Shown: one piece after another, positions 1 through 8,521 of the stretch
How positions within the stretch are numbered: position 1 is the first letter of the stretch
Layout: each line of letters begins with the position of its first letter
NCBI GenBank assembly: GCA_040880465.1
Contig: JBBDIK010000012.1
Coordinates: forward strand, 116,469 to 180,468
From: Actinomycetota bacterium
Lineage (GTDB): Bacteria; Actinomycetota; UBA4738; JBBDHU01
Direction: 5' to 3'
Length of the DNA: 64,000 bases
Position numbers and translations under genes: made by a program
Notes under the pieces: generated by a model
Told to the model about the DNA's origin: nothing
What the model saw: only the letters and a program-made list of their open reading frames with translations
Databases searched by the model: none

Positions 1-297
1 GACCGGGATGCAGGGGAGGACCGGTTGCTCGTCCTGCTGCAGGTCGACGCCGGGGATGCCGACGCGTCGATGGACGAGCCCATCTGGATCGGTGACCGGG
101 CTGTGGGATCGGTGACCTCGGGCGCCTACGGCCACCATGTCGGCATGAGCCTCGCGCTCGCGTACGTCGATCGGGAGGTCGTCGAGGAGAGCCCGGATCT
201 GACGGTCTCGGTGGTCGGCGACCCGCTCCCTGCGAGGATCCTGCCGGAGCCTCCGTACGACCCGAAGGGAACCAAGCTGCGCGACCTGCCCGACTGA
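1..297 (+). CDS. 3' end of a GcvT-family folate-binding protein (aminomethyltransferase / sarcosine-dimethylglycine dehydrogenase type); 5' end outside window
   Basis: Frame 1 is open from base 1 to TGA 295-297. The segment AVGSVTSGAYGHHVGMSLALAYVDREV resembles the C-terminal barrel of glycine-cleavage T-protein family members. Confidence 0.6.
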   Translation, partial: DRDAGEDRLLVLLQVDAGDADASMDEPIWIGDRAVGSVTSGAYGHHVGMSLALAYVDREVVEESPDLTVSVVGDPLPARILPEPPYDPKGTKLRDLPD

Positions 298-323
298 CGC
301 GGGTGGTCCGATAGCCTCTCGCC

Positions 324-773
324 ATGCTCGTCCTCATCTCGCATCTGATCCGGGCGGATCACGAAGAGGTCGACGGGCTCGTCCGCGAAGGGTTCCGCGG
401 GATCGGCAAGGACGGGGTCGAGGTCCAGGTCGTCGCCACGCGAAGCCCGACGCGGTTCACCGGCAAGGCGTGGCCGGAGCCCCCGGCTCGCCGCGTGACC
501 GGACCGGAGACGCGTTGGTTGGTCGAGATCGTGATGCCGGCGCGTCCGCCCGTTGATGGGTACCCGATCGAGTGGCGCTATCCGCGCCTCAAGACCGCGC
601 CGGTGTTCACCGCCCACGACTGGCGGGATCGTGTGTTCACCGTTGTTGCGCATGAGGCCTATCACGTCAAGCAGTTCCGGATGGGGATGCGCCGGTCCGA
701 GGTCGCCGCGGAACGGTGGGCCTTCAGGGCCCTGGAGCGGGTTCGTGCGTCCGATGGCCGGTCGGGCTCGTAG
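324..773 (+). CDS. hypothetical protein with HExxH motif (possible metallopeptidase-like)
   Basis: 149-aa ORF with an HEAYH motif near the C-terminus. The TAGCCT hexamer at 312-317 ends 6 nt before the ATG, a leaderless-type arrangement. No family recognised. Confidence 0.4.
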   Translation: MLVLISHLIRADHEEVDGLVREGFRGIGKDGVEVQVVATRSPTRFTGKAWPEPPARRVTGPETRWLVEIVMPARPPVDGYPIEWRYPRLKTAPVFTAHDWRDRVFTVVAHEAYHVKQFRMGMRRSEVAAERWAFRALERVRASDGRSGS

Positions 774-815
774 CGCCCCCGGGAGCCGATACCATGGAGG
801 TATCGAGGGCGATCA

Positions 816-2660
816 GTGACGAAAGCCAAGACGGTCGAAGAGAAGACCAACGTCGTCGTCCGGTTCGCCGGCGACTCGGGCGACGGTATCCAGCTCACCG
901 GTGATCGCTTCACCGTCGCCACCGCCGTCCTCGGCAACGACCTCGCCACCCTTCCGGACTTCCCGGCCGAGATTCGGGCGCCTGCGGGCACGATCGCTGG
1001 GGTTTCGGCTTTCCAGATCCACTTCGCGTCCGAGGACATCCTCACGCCTGGGGACCACCCGAACGTCCTGGTGGCGCTCAATCCGGCAGCCCTGAAGGCC
1101 GAGCTGAGTGTCCTCGAGAAGGGCGGTACGGTCATCGTCAACGAGGACGCCTTCATCCGGCGGAACCTCGACAAAGCCGGTTTCACCACCGATCCACTCG
1201 AGGACGGGACCCTCGACGGCTACAAGCTCTACCGCGTTCCGATGACCTCGATCACGACCCGCGCCCTCGAGGGGATGGACCTCGCCAAGCGAGACATCGA
1301 ACGCTCGAAGAACATGTTCGCGCTGGGCCTCGTCTCGTGGATGTACGGGCGACCGATCGACGTCACCATCGACTGGATCAACGGGAAGTTCGCGGCGAAC
1401 GAGCTTGTCGCAGCGGCCAACGTCGCTGCGTTCAAGGCCGGCTACAACTTCGGGGAGACCACCGAGCTATTCGAACACTCCTATTACATCAAGGCCGCGC
1501 CGGCAAGACCCGGCACCTATAGGAACGTTACCGGTGCAACGGCGCTGGCTTGGGGACTGGTCGCCGCCAGCGTGAAGAGTGGGCTGCCGATGTTCTACTC
1601 CAGTTATCCGATCACGCCGGCGTCGGAACTGCTCCACGAACTCGCCCGCCTCAAGAACTTCGGCGTCAAGACCCTGCAGGCGGAGGACGAGATCGCCGCG
1701 TGCAATATCGCGCTAGGGGCCGCGTTCGGCGGACAGCTCGGGGTGACCGGCACGAGTGGACCGGGGATGGACCTGAAGGAGGAGACGATCGGGCTGGCGG
1801 TGGCCCTCGAACTGCCGCTCGTCATCGTCGACGTTCAGCGGGCCGGACCCTCGACGGGCCTTCCGACCAAGACCGAGCAGTCGGATCTGCTGATGGCCCT
1901 GTACGGACGTCACGGTGAGTCGCCGCTGCCGGTTCTGGCTCCGCGGTCGCCGTCGCAGTGCTTCGAAGTCGCCTTCGAAGCCGTTCGGATCGCGGTGACG
2001 TACAGAACGCCAGTCATCCTGCTCTCCGACACGTTCCTGGGGAACTCGTCGGAGCCGTGGCTCCTCCCCGATATCGACGCCTTCCCCGCCATCGATCCGA
2101 AGTTCGCCGGTAGGCTCCGCGAGGGAGAGACGTTCCAGCCCTACGAGCGCGACGCGAACCTAGCCCGCCCCTGGGCCGTTCCGGGCACGCCGGGCCTGCG
2201 GCACCGGATCGGCGGGCTCGAGAAGGAAGACGTAACCGGTGACATCAGCTATGACCCGCTCAACCACGAGCGGATGACGCATCTGCGGGCCGCTCGGATC
2301 GCCAAGATCGGGGAGTCGCTGCCGCCCCTGGAGGTCAGCGATCCGGACGGGGACGCAGAGCTGCTGGTGCTCGGGTGGGGGTCGTCCTTCGGGGCGATCC
2401 GAGCGGCAGCCCGGCGGGTCCGCGATCGGGACATGAAGGTGGCGACGGTGCACCTGGAGTACCTGAACCCGTTGCCGCCCAACACGGGGGACGTGGTGCG
2501 CGCCTACCCGCGCGTCCTGATCCCGGAGATGAACATGGGCCAGCTATCGAAGATCATCCGCGGCGAGTTCCTCGTCGATGCGATCGGGTTCAACAAGGTT
2601 CAGGGGCTCCCGATCTTCGCCGACGAGCTGCAAGCCGAGATCGAGACGATCCTGCGATGA
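816..2660 (+). CDS. korA: 2-oxoglutarate/2-oxoacid:ferredoxin oxidoreductase subunit alpha
   Basis: 614-aa ORF with a GTG start. Sequence throughout resembles KorA-type alpha subunits (YPITPASELLHEL, GTSGPGMDLKEE). The stop overlaps the korB ATG (ATGA at 2657-2660). Confidence 0.9.
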   Translation: MTKAKTVEEKTNVVVRFAGDSGDGIQLTGDRFTVATAVLGNDLATLPDFPAEIRAPAGTIAGVSAFQIHFASEDILTPGDHPNVLVALNPAALKAELSVLEKGGTVIVNEDAFIRRNLDKAGFTTDPLEDGTLDGYKLYRVPMTSITTRALEGMDLAKRDIERSKNMFALGLVSWMYGRPIDVTIDWINGKFAANELVAAANVAAFKAGYNFGETTELFEHSYYIKAAPARPGTYRNVTGATALAWGLVAASVKSGLPMFYSSYPITPASELLHELARLKNFGVKTLQAEDEIAACNIALGAAFGGQLGVTGTSGPGMDLKEETIGLAVALELPLVIVDVQRAGPSTGLPTKTEQSDLLMALYGRHGESPLPVLAPRSPSQCFEVAFEAVRIAVTYRTPVILLSDTFLGNSSEPWLLPDIDAFPAIDPKFAGRLREGETFQPYERDANLARPWAVPGTPGLRHRIGGLEKEDVTGDISYDPLNHERMTHLRAARIAKIGESLPPLEVSDPDGDAELLVLGWGSSFGAIRAAARRVRDRDMKVATVHLEYLNPLPPNTGDVVRAYPRVLIPEMNMGQLSKIIRGEFLVDAIGFNKVQGLPIFADELQAEIETILR

Positions 2661-3790
2661 CCGGACCCCAGGAAGGCGTGTTCGACGGCGACCCAGCCGA
2701 CCGCGGCGACGACCTGCACCCCAAGGTCGAGAAGCCGTCGAAGACCGCGCAGGCGGCGAAGGCCTCCGCGGCGGCCATCAAGCAGCGGCCAACCGGTCTG
2801 TCGAAGAAGGACTTCACCAGTGACCAGGAGGTGCGGTGGTGCCCTGGCTGCGGCGACTACGCGATCCTGGCGACCGTGCAGTCGTTCCTCCCGGAACTCG
2901 GGGTGCTGCCCGACGACATCGTGTTCGTGTCCGGGATCGGGTGTTCCGGCAGGTTCAGCTACTACACGGACACCTACGGTCTCCACGGTATCCACGGGCG
3001 GGCGCCGGCCCTGGCGACCGGGATCGCGCTGGCTGACCCCGACCTGTCTGTGTGGGTCGTCACCGGGGACGGGGATGCCCTCTCGATCGGTGGGAACCAT
3101 CTGATCCACACCCTGCGTCGCAACGTGAACATCAAGATCCTGCTCTTCAACAACCAGATCTACGGGTTGACGAAGGGCCAGTACTCGCCGACGTCCGCGG
3201 AAGGCAAGGTGACGAAGTCGACGCCGTTCGGCTCGCTGGACCATCCGTTCGATCCGGTAGCGCTCGCGCTCGGGGCGGAGGCGTCGTTCGTAGCCCGCTC
3301 GCTGGACAACGACCGTCAGCACCTCACCGAGGTCCTGCGGCAAGCGGTCGCGCACCGCGGCTCGGCGTTCGTCGAGATCTATCAGAACTGCAACGTATTC
3401 AACGACGGGGCGTTCGATGCGCTGCGGGAGAAGTCCGAAGGGATGCATAACCAGATCCGCCTGGAGCACGGCAAGCCCATCATCTTCGACGATGGAGCGC
3501 GGTGCGTCTCGGTCGGGGACAACGGCCGATTCGTCATCACCGCCGTCGTCGAGACGGATCCGGACCGGATCGTGGTCCACGACGTTCACGGCAGGCCATC
3601 GCTCGCGTTCGCGCTGGCCCACATCTCCCGCGGTCCGACCGAGCCGACCTGCATCGGGGTGTTCCGCGAGGAGGAACGGCCCGTCTACGGGGAGTTGATG
3701 GAAGCCCAGGTGGCTGCGGCGACTGAGCGGCTCGGGGTCGGCGATCTGAAGTCCTTGCTGCACGCCGGCGATACCTGGGAGGTCACCTAG
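2657..3790 (+). CDS. korB: 2-oxoglutarate/2-oxoacid:ferredoxin oxidoreductase subunit beta (TPP-binding)
   Basis: Motifs WCPGCGDY, GIGCSGR and VVTGDGDALSIGGNHL. Start placed at ATG 2657. The in-frame ATG at 2375 lies inside korA and its translation is Arg/Pro-rich. Confidence 0.9.
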   Translation: MTGPQEGVFDGDPADRGDDLHPKVEKPSKTAQAAKASAAAIKQRPTGLSKKDFTSDQEVRWCPGCGDYAILATVQSFLPELGVLPDDIVFVSGIGCSGRFSYYTDTYGLHGIHGRAPALATGIALADPDLSVWVVTGDGDALSIGGNHLIHTLRRNVNIKILLFNNQIYGLTKGQYSPTSAEGKVTKSTPFGSLDHPFDPVALALGAEASFVARSLDNDRQHLTEVLRQAVAHRGSAFVEIYQNCNVFNDGAFDALREKSEGMHNQIRLEHGKPIIFDDGARCVSVGDNGRFVITAVVETDPDRIVVHDVHGRPSLAFALAHISRGPTEPTCIGVFREEERPVYGELMEAQVAAATERLGVGDLKSLLHAGDTWEVT

Positions 3791-3794
3791 CGCG

Positions 3795-4973
3795 TCACCC
3801 GTCGGCGTCGCCGCGGGCGAGCGACCGGCGGGATGCGTGCTCGACGCGGTGGAGCTCCTCGATCAGCGGCGTGATCTCTGCGAGGAAACGTTCGATGTCC
3901 TCGCGGGTCGTCTCTCGTCCGACCGATGCCCGGAACCCGACGGTATCGGGGATCCCCATCGCCTTGAGGACCGGAGAGGCCTCGCCGGCGAGTCCGCGCT
4001 CGATGCATCCGCACGACAGGCGGAACCCCCGTTCGTCCAGGGCCATGAGGAGGACGTCGGGATCGACGCCGTCCGCCGAGAAGCAGACCAGATGAGGAGC
4101 CCGCTGGGTGGGGTGTCCGTGTGTCGACACGGATGCGATCGCGTCGAGCCCGGACCGGAGGAGATCGGTGAGCGCCCATTGCGCGGCTGCTTGATCGGCC
4201 AGTTCGTCCAGCGCGTCGGTCATCGCCGCAGCCATCGCGACGGCACCCGGGAGGTTCTCTGCGCCGGCGCGGCGATGGCGCTCGCGGACGTCCCCTGGTG
4301 GGAACCCGGCCAGGGGAACGCCGCGGCCGACGTAGAGCGCGCCGATCCCCGGCGGCGCGCCGAACTTGTGGCCCGAGATCGTGAGGAGGTCCACATCGAG
4401 CGCGTGAACGTCGATCGGCAGGCGACCGGCCGTCTGGGCTGCGTCACAGTGGATGGTGACGCCGGACTCCCGCGCGAGGCGCGTGGCCTCAGCGACCGGC
4501 TGCAGGGTTCCGACCTCGTGGTTGGCGTGCTGCACGCTGGCCAAGATGGTTCCGGGAACGCGGACCTGGGTCATGAACGCGTCGGTATCGAGACGCCCGT
4601 GCTCGTCGACGCCGACCGTCGCGACCTCGACCCCATCCTCGGCCAGCAGGCGACCCGCCGCGCCAACGCTTGGGTGTTCGATGGCACCTATCACGATGCG
4701 AGTGCCGTCGGCGCGCCGAGCGCGGGCGGCTCCGATCAACGCGAGGGCGACCGACTCCGTGCCACCGGACGTGAACACGATCTCATCCGCTTGAGCGCCG
4801 AGTCCGTCGGCGACCGTCTGACGGGCTGCCTCGAGAACGGCGGCCGCGTGGCGCCCGGGTGCGTGGCTCTGCAACGGGTCGGCGAACGCATCCAGTGCCG
4901 CCGCTTGGGCCGCCGCGGCGGCCGGCCGGACCGGGGTCGCGGAGGCATGGTCCAGATAGATCTGCGGGTTCAT
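3795..4973 (-). CDS. cysteine desulfurase (class V aminotransferase, NifS/IscS-like)
   Basis: 392 aa with the PLP-lysine region SGHKFGAPPGIGALYV and a Cys-containing loop RLSCGC near the C-terminus. Convergent with korB across a 4-nt gap. Confidence 0.85.
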   Translation of the reverse strand: MNPQIYLDHASATPVRPAAAAAQAAALDAFADPLQSHAPGRHAAAVLEAARQTVADGLGAQADEIVFTSGGTESVALALIGAARARRADGTRIVIGAIEHPSVGAAGRLLAEDGVEVATVGVDEHGRLDTDAFMTQVRVPGTILASVQHANHEVGTLQPVAEATRLARESGVTIHCDAAQTAGRLPIDVHALDVDLLTISGHKFGAPPGIGALYVGRGVPLAGFPPGDVRERHRRAGAENLPGAVAMAAAMTDALDELADQAAAQWALTDLLRSGLDAIASVSTHGHPTQRAPHLVCFSADGVDPDVLLMALDERGFRLSCGCIERGLAGEASPVLKAMGIPDTVGFRASVGRETTREDIERFLAEITPLIEELHRVEHASRRSLARGDADG

Positions 4974-5073
4974 CGAGAGGGACTCCGAACGCCAAAACCC
5001 CAGCTAGACAGGGGAAAACCGGATGGTATCATGGGCAACCGAGCACCACGTCGGTCCGATCTGGAGCCTCCCC

Positions 5074-5253
5074 ATGGCCGAGCACGCAGCGGAGATACCC
5101 GGGCAACAAGGGCCAGTCGCCTCACAGCAGGCGTCCGAACGACGCTGTGAGATCTGCGATACCAAGCTGTCCAGCTACAACCCCGGGCCCAATTGTTGGC
5201 AGCACACGATCGGTCATCCCTGGCGCGGCCCGACGGCCAAGCCCAAGTACTGA
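5074..5253 (+). CDS. small hypothetical protein with Cys/His cluster
   Basis: MAEHAAEIPG...RRCEICDTKLSSYNPGPNCWQHTIGHPW has a CxxC...CxxH zinc-finger-like pattern, and GGAGCC lies upstream of the ATG. An alternative start exists at 5023. No family recognised. Confidence 0.3.
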   Translation: MAEHAAEIPGQQGPVASQQASERRCEICDTKLSSYNPGPNCWQHTIGHPWRGPTAKPKY

Positions 5254-5265
5254 CTGGGAGCTCCG

Positions 5266-5985
5266 CTAGCCGGCCCGCTCCAGCAGAGCCAGCTCGTCTT
5301 CCTTCCTGCGGAGGAACGCGGCCCAGTACACCAGGGCGGCGGCGACGCCCCCGGCGACGGGACCGATGAGGTAGATCCACCAGTCCGACCACGTTCCGGA
5401 GACGATCGCCGGACCGAACCAGCGTGCGGGGTTCATCGCGGCGCCGGTCATCGGACCACCCATCAGGATGTCGAAGGTCAGGACCAAGCCGATCGAGAAC
5501 CCGGCCAACTTCGAGAACGCCCCGCGAGGATCGACGGCCGTTCCGAAGACGGCGAACACGAGGAAGAAGGTCAGGATCGCCTCGGTCGCGACCCCCTGCA
5601 TGGCGCCGACGCCCAAAACGCGGTTGAGTTGCGGCGTGCCGAGCATGGCTTCTTCCCAGAGCGTCTTCGGAACCACGAGACTGAGCGCCAATGCGCCGAA
5701 GACCGCGCCGGCCATCTGAGCCGCGATGTAGCACATCGCGCGGGTGCTTTCGACCTTGCCGGTGACCCACAAGCTGATGGTCACCGCCGGGTTCACGTGA
5801 CCGCCAGAGATCTGTGCGGTGATCGAAACGAGGACGGCGAGAGCGATCCCGTGCGCCAGGGCTACGGCCACGAGTCCGGCCCCGCTGAGGTCGTTGGCGG
5901 CCATGACGACGGCGCCTGCGCCGATGAAGATCAGACAGAAGGTGGTGATGAACTCCGCGATCCATGCTCGCGATATCGGCTCCAT
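5266..5985 (-). CDS. aquaporin / MIP-family channel
   Basis: Two NPA boxes (HVNPAVT, MNPARW) in a multi-TM hydrophobic protein. Start set at ATG 5985 (MEPISRAWIAEF...), because the upstream extension to 6129 is Arg/Pro/Gly-rich. Confidence 0.9.
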   Translation of the reverse strand: MEPISRAWIAEFITTFCLIFIGAGAVVMAANDLSGAGLVAVALAHGIALAVLVSITAQISGGHVNPAVTISLWVTGKVESTRAMCYIAAQMAGAVFGALALSLVVPKTLWEEAMLGTPQLNRVLGVGAMQGVATEAILTFFLVFAVFGTAVDPRGAFSKLAGFSIGLVLTFDILMGGPMTGAAMNPARWFGPAIVSGTWSDWWIYLIGPVAGGVAAALVYWAAFLRRKEDELALLERAG

Positions 5986-6133
5986 TGCAGACTCCCTCCC
6001 TCGGTTTCCGCACATAGCGAAGCTGCGGGGAAACGGGGAAGCCGTCCCGGCGGTGCCCGGACGGGTCGGCCAGAGTCTACGCGACGGATGTCCCCGCGCG
6101 CCGCGCCCCGCAAGGGGCCCGACCGCCATCGGC

Positions 6134-6139
6134 TAGGAT
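6134..6139 (+). promoter_or_regulatory. -10-like hexamer TAGGAT preceding a probable leaderless start
   Basis: TAGGAT is followed by 7 nt and then GTG 6147, which gives an MKVLLV... response-regulator N-terminus. Confidence 0.4.
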
Positions 6140-6146
6140 GCCATCC

Positions 6147-6533
6147 GTGAAGGTACTGCTCGTTTCTTGGGATCCGAAGACCCGCGAGATGATGCGTTTG
6201 GCCGTCGGAAACGGCGAGCGCCGCGGCGCCGCGGCACTGGAGTTCCTCGAGGAGAGGAACGGGGAACGAGGGGTGACGACGGCTTGGCGGGAGTTGCCCG
6301 ATGTCGTGGTCGCCGACGAGATCACCTCGCGGATGGGGGCCTTCGGACTGGCGCGGGACCTCCGAGGAGCTGACCGGCCGTTCCCCGGGATCATCGCCAT
6401 CTTGCTGGATCGGAAGCAGGACACGTGGCTCGCGGAGTGGTCGGGTGCCGATGCCTGGTTCGTCAAGCCGGTGGACCCGTTCGAGCTGGCCGCCCGTATC
6501 GTGGAGCTGTTGGACGTGAAGGAGACCGCGTGA
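6147..6533 (+). CDS. single-domain response regulator (receiver domain, atypical acidic pocket)
   Basis: (M)KVLLVSWDP...DVVVADEITSRMGAFGL...WFVKPVDPFEL follows a CheY-like receiver layout with the conserved K-P. SWDP replaces the usual DD pair. Alternative ATG at 6138. Confidence 0.6.
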   Translation: MKVLLVSWDPKTREMMRLAVGNGERRGAAALEFLEERNGERGVTTAWRELPDVVVADEITSRMGAFGLARDLRGADRPFPGIIAILLDRKQDTWLAEWSGADAWFVKPVDPFELAARIVELLDVKETA

Positions 6534-6796
6534 AGATCAAGGCGACGTGCAAGAAGTGCGACCGGGAATTGCTCCTGGAGCAGGTGGTGGGCACCGGCGG
6601 ACACTGTCCCTGGTGCGGACAGACCTTCCAGAAGGACTATGCGGCGGTGCTCGTCGACGCGATCCAGGCAGCCCAGGGGGCGGGAGCCACCTTGGAGAAC
6701 GCGCTCGAGAAGATGGCAGAGCTGCGTCCCGGATTCCGTCTCGACGAGCGCTCCATCGTCGGCGCGATCGTGCGCGACGCGGGTCAGCTGTCCTAA
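6530..6796 (+). CDS. zinc-ribbon protein, unknown function
   Basis: The GTG start overlaps the previous stop (GTGA). Two CxxC pairs are present in CKKCDRELLLEQVVGTGGHCPWCGQTF. Confidence 0.45.
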   Translation: MKIKATCKKCDRELLLEQVVGTGGHCPWCGQTFQKDYAAVLVDAIQAAQGAGATLENALEKMAELRPGFRLDERSIVGAIVRDAGQLS

Positions 6797-6810
6797 CCGA
6801 AAGGCATGAC

Positions 6811-6918
6811 GTGGGGTTCAACGTCAAGCAGCCGGGCAAGATCAAGCCTGCGGACATCCTGTACCTGGTCGCGGCACTGGCGGTGATCGGCGCCTTGGTG
6901 TTCTGGGCGACACGGTGA
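6811..6918 (+). CDS. possible 35-aa single-TM micro-protein
   Basis: GTG start, and ...KPADILYLVAALAVIGALVFWATR is a clean TM helix. The stop overlaps the next gene's GTG (GTGA at 6915-6918). Confidence 0.25.
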   Translation: MGFNVKQPGKIKPADILYLVAALAVIGALVFWATR

Positions 6919-7313
6919 CCGGGCCGTCGCAGGGATCGTCGTCGCAGTCCTCGCCGAACGCCGATCTCGACTTCTGCTACCTCACGACCCGCGGACGCAA
7001 GACCGGACAGCCGCATCAGATCGAGCTCTGGTTCGGCTTGCAGGGTGCGTGTCTGTATCTCCTGGCGAACAGCGTCGAAGCCGACTGGGTGCGGAACCTC
7101 GGAGCGGACCCACAGGTCAACGTCCGCGTCGGCGACGCGACGTACGCTGCTTCCGGGAGGCTGGTGCTGGATCCTGCGGAGGACGCGCGAGCCCGCGACC
7201 TGCTCTTCGACAAGTACGAACCTCGCTACAGCGGCGACCTGAGTGAGTGGAAACAGACGTCGGCGGTGGTCGCCGTCGATCTGCCGGGCGGGTTCGCGGC
7301 AGCTGAGAGCTAG
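6915..7313 (+). CDS. deazaflavin(F420)-dependent nitroreductase-family oxidoreductase (DDN/PNPOx-like split barrel)
   Basis: 132 aa. YLTTRGRKTGQPHQIELWF...LYLLANSVEADWVRNLGADPQVNVRVG is typical of the F420-dependent DDN family. Confidence 0.75.
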   Translation: MTGPSQGSSSQSSPNADLDFCYLTTRGRKTGQPHQIELWFGLQGACLYLLANSVEADWVRNLGADPQVNVRVGDATYAASGRLVLDPAEDARARDLLFDKYEPRYSGDLSEWKQTSAVVAVDLPGGFAAAES

Positions 7314-8500
7314 GCGCGCTCGAGAACGAAACTCATGCCCTGGCCACCCGACACGCACAGGGTCGCCAGTCCCAGCGCGTAGCCGCGGTCGCGCATCTCG
7401 TATGCGGCCGACAGGATGATGCGGGCGCCACTCATCCCGATGGGGTGACCGACGGCGATCGCGCCTCCCCTCGGGTTGACCTTGTCGCGGTCGAACTTAA
7501 GTTCACGATCGCAGGCCAGGACTTGCGCCGCGAACGCCTCATTGATCTCGATCACGTCGAAGTCGCCGAGTGACAGACCAGTCGCGTCGAGTACCTTCTT
7601 GGTTGCCGGGACGGGAGCGATGCCCATGAACGCCGGATCGACGCCGGCCGAGGCGTAGGCGACGATCTTCGCCAGCGGCTCCCGCCCCTCGGCCTTCGCG
7701 CGCTCCTCGGACATGAGGACGAGCGACGCCGCTCCGTCCGTGATGCCCGAGGAGTTGCCGGCGGTCACGGTCCCGTTCTCCTCGTCGAAGACGGGCCGCA
7801 GCTTGGCGAGCCCGTCCATCGAGGAGTCCGCCTTGGGGTGCTCGTCTTCGTCGACGGTCGCGGTCTCCCCGCGCTTGCGGCCGGGGATCTCGACGGGGAA
7901 CATCTCCGCAGCGCGACGTTCCTTGCCTGCCTCAGCCTTCACCTGGCTCTCGAGCGCGAACTCGTCTTGCTCCTCGCGCCCGATGTCGTACTGGCGGGCG
8001 AGGTTCTCGGCGGTCTCGCCCATGATCAAGCCACACAGCCGGCACGTGAACCCGTCCGCGTACATCCCATCCACGACGGGAGCGTCGCCCATCCGGTAGC
8101 CCACCCGCATGTTCGGAAGCAGGAACGGAACCTGGGTCATGTTCTCCATGCCGCCGGCGACCGTAACCTCGGCGTTGCCGAGGATGATCTGCTCCGCGGC
8201 GAGTTGCACGGCCTTCGACCCCGAGGCGCAGGCCATGTTCAGGGTGTAGGCGTTCACCTCTTGTGGGATGCCGCTCTTGTACAGCACCTGCCGCGCGGTG
8301 TTCGGTCCGTTGCCGGCTTGGCGCGCGTGGCCGTAGACCAGTTCCTGCACCTGATCCGGCTCGACGCTCGCCCGCCTCAGAGCTTCCTGCGTGGCAGCGA
8401 CGCCGAGCTCGACCGCCGATGTCTTCGCGTAAGAACCCAGGAACTTCCCGATCGGCGTTCGGGCGCCCTCGATGATGACCGCAGGATCCATGGCATCCAT
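7310..8500 (-). CDS. acetyl-CoA C-acetyltransferase (thiolase II)
   Basis: ARTPIGKF N-terminus, active-site region NMACASG, and C-terminal NEAFAAQ and GGAIAVGHPIGMSGARI...LCVSGGQG. Start ambiguous among 8491, 8500 and 8515. Confidence 0.9.
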   Translation of the reverse strand: MDAMDPAVIIEGARTPIGKFLGSYAKTSAVELGVAATQEALRRASVEPDQVQELVYGHARQAGNGPNTARQVLYKSGIPQEVNAYTLNMACASGSKAVQLAAEQIILGNAEVTVAGGMENMTQVPFLLPNMRVGYRMGDAPVVDGMYADGFTCRLCGLIMGETAENLARQYDIGREEQDEFALESQVKAEAGKERRAAEMFPVEIPGRKRGETATVDEDEHPKADSSMDGLAKLRPVFDEENGTVTAGNSSGITDGAASLVLMSEERAKAEGREPLAKIVAYASAGVDPAFMGIAPVPATKKVLDATGLSLGDFDVIEINEAFAAQVLACDRELKFDRDKVNPRGGAIAVGHPIGMSGARIILSAAYEMRDRGYALGLATLCVSGGQGMSFVLERA

Positions 8501-8521
8501 CGTACCCGCGCTCAACGGGCG

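Noticed and set aside
788-804. Palindrome GATACC-ATGGA-GGTATC immediately upstream of the korA start.
   Set aside because: It occurs once in the window and overlaps the probable RBS region. It could be an operator or a translation-modulating hairpin, but there is no supporting second copy or known motif.
7932-8521. The 3' part of the 744-aa ORF (7932-10166), which would make the exonuclease overlap the thiolase gene by about 580 nt.
   Set aside because: After about 8700 the frame reads as Arg-rich junk. The +1 frame gives a protein-like C-terminus ending at 8522. The long extension is treated as a consequence of a frameshift.
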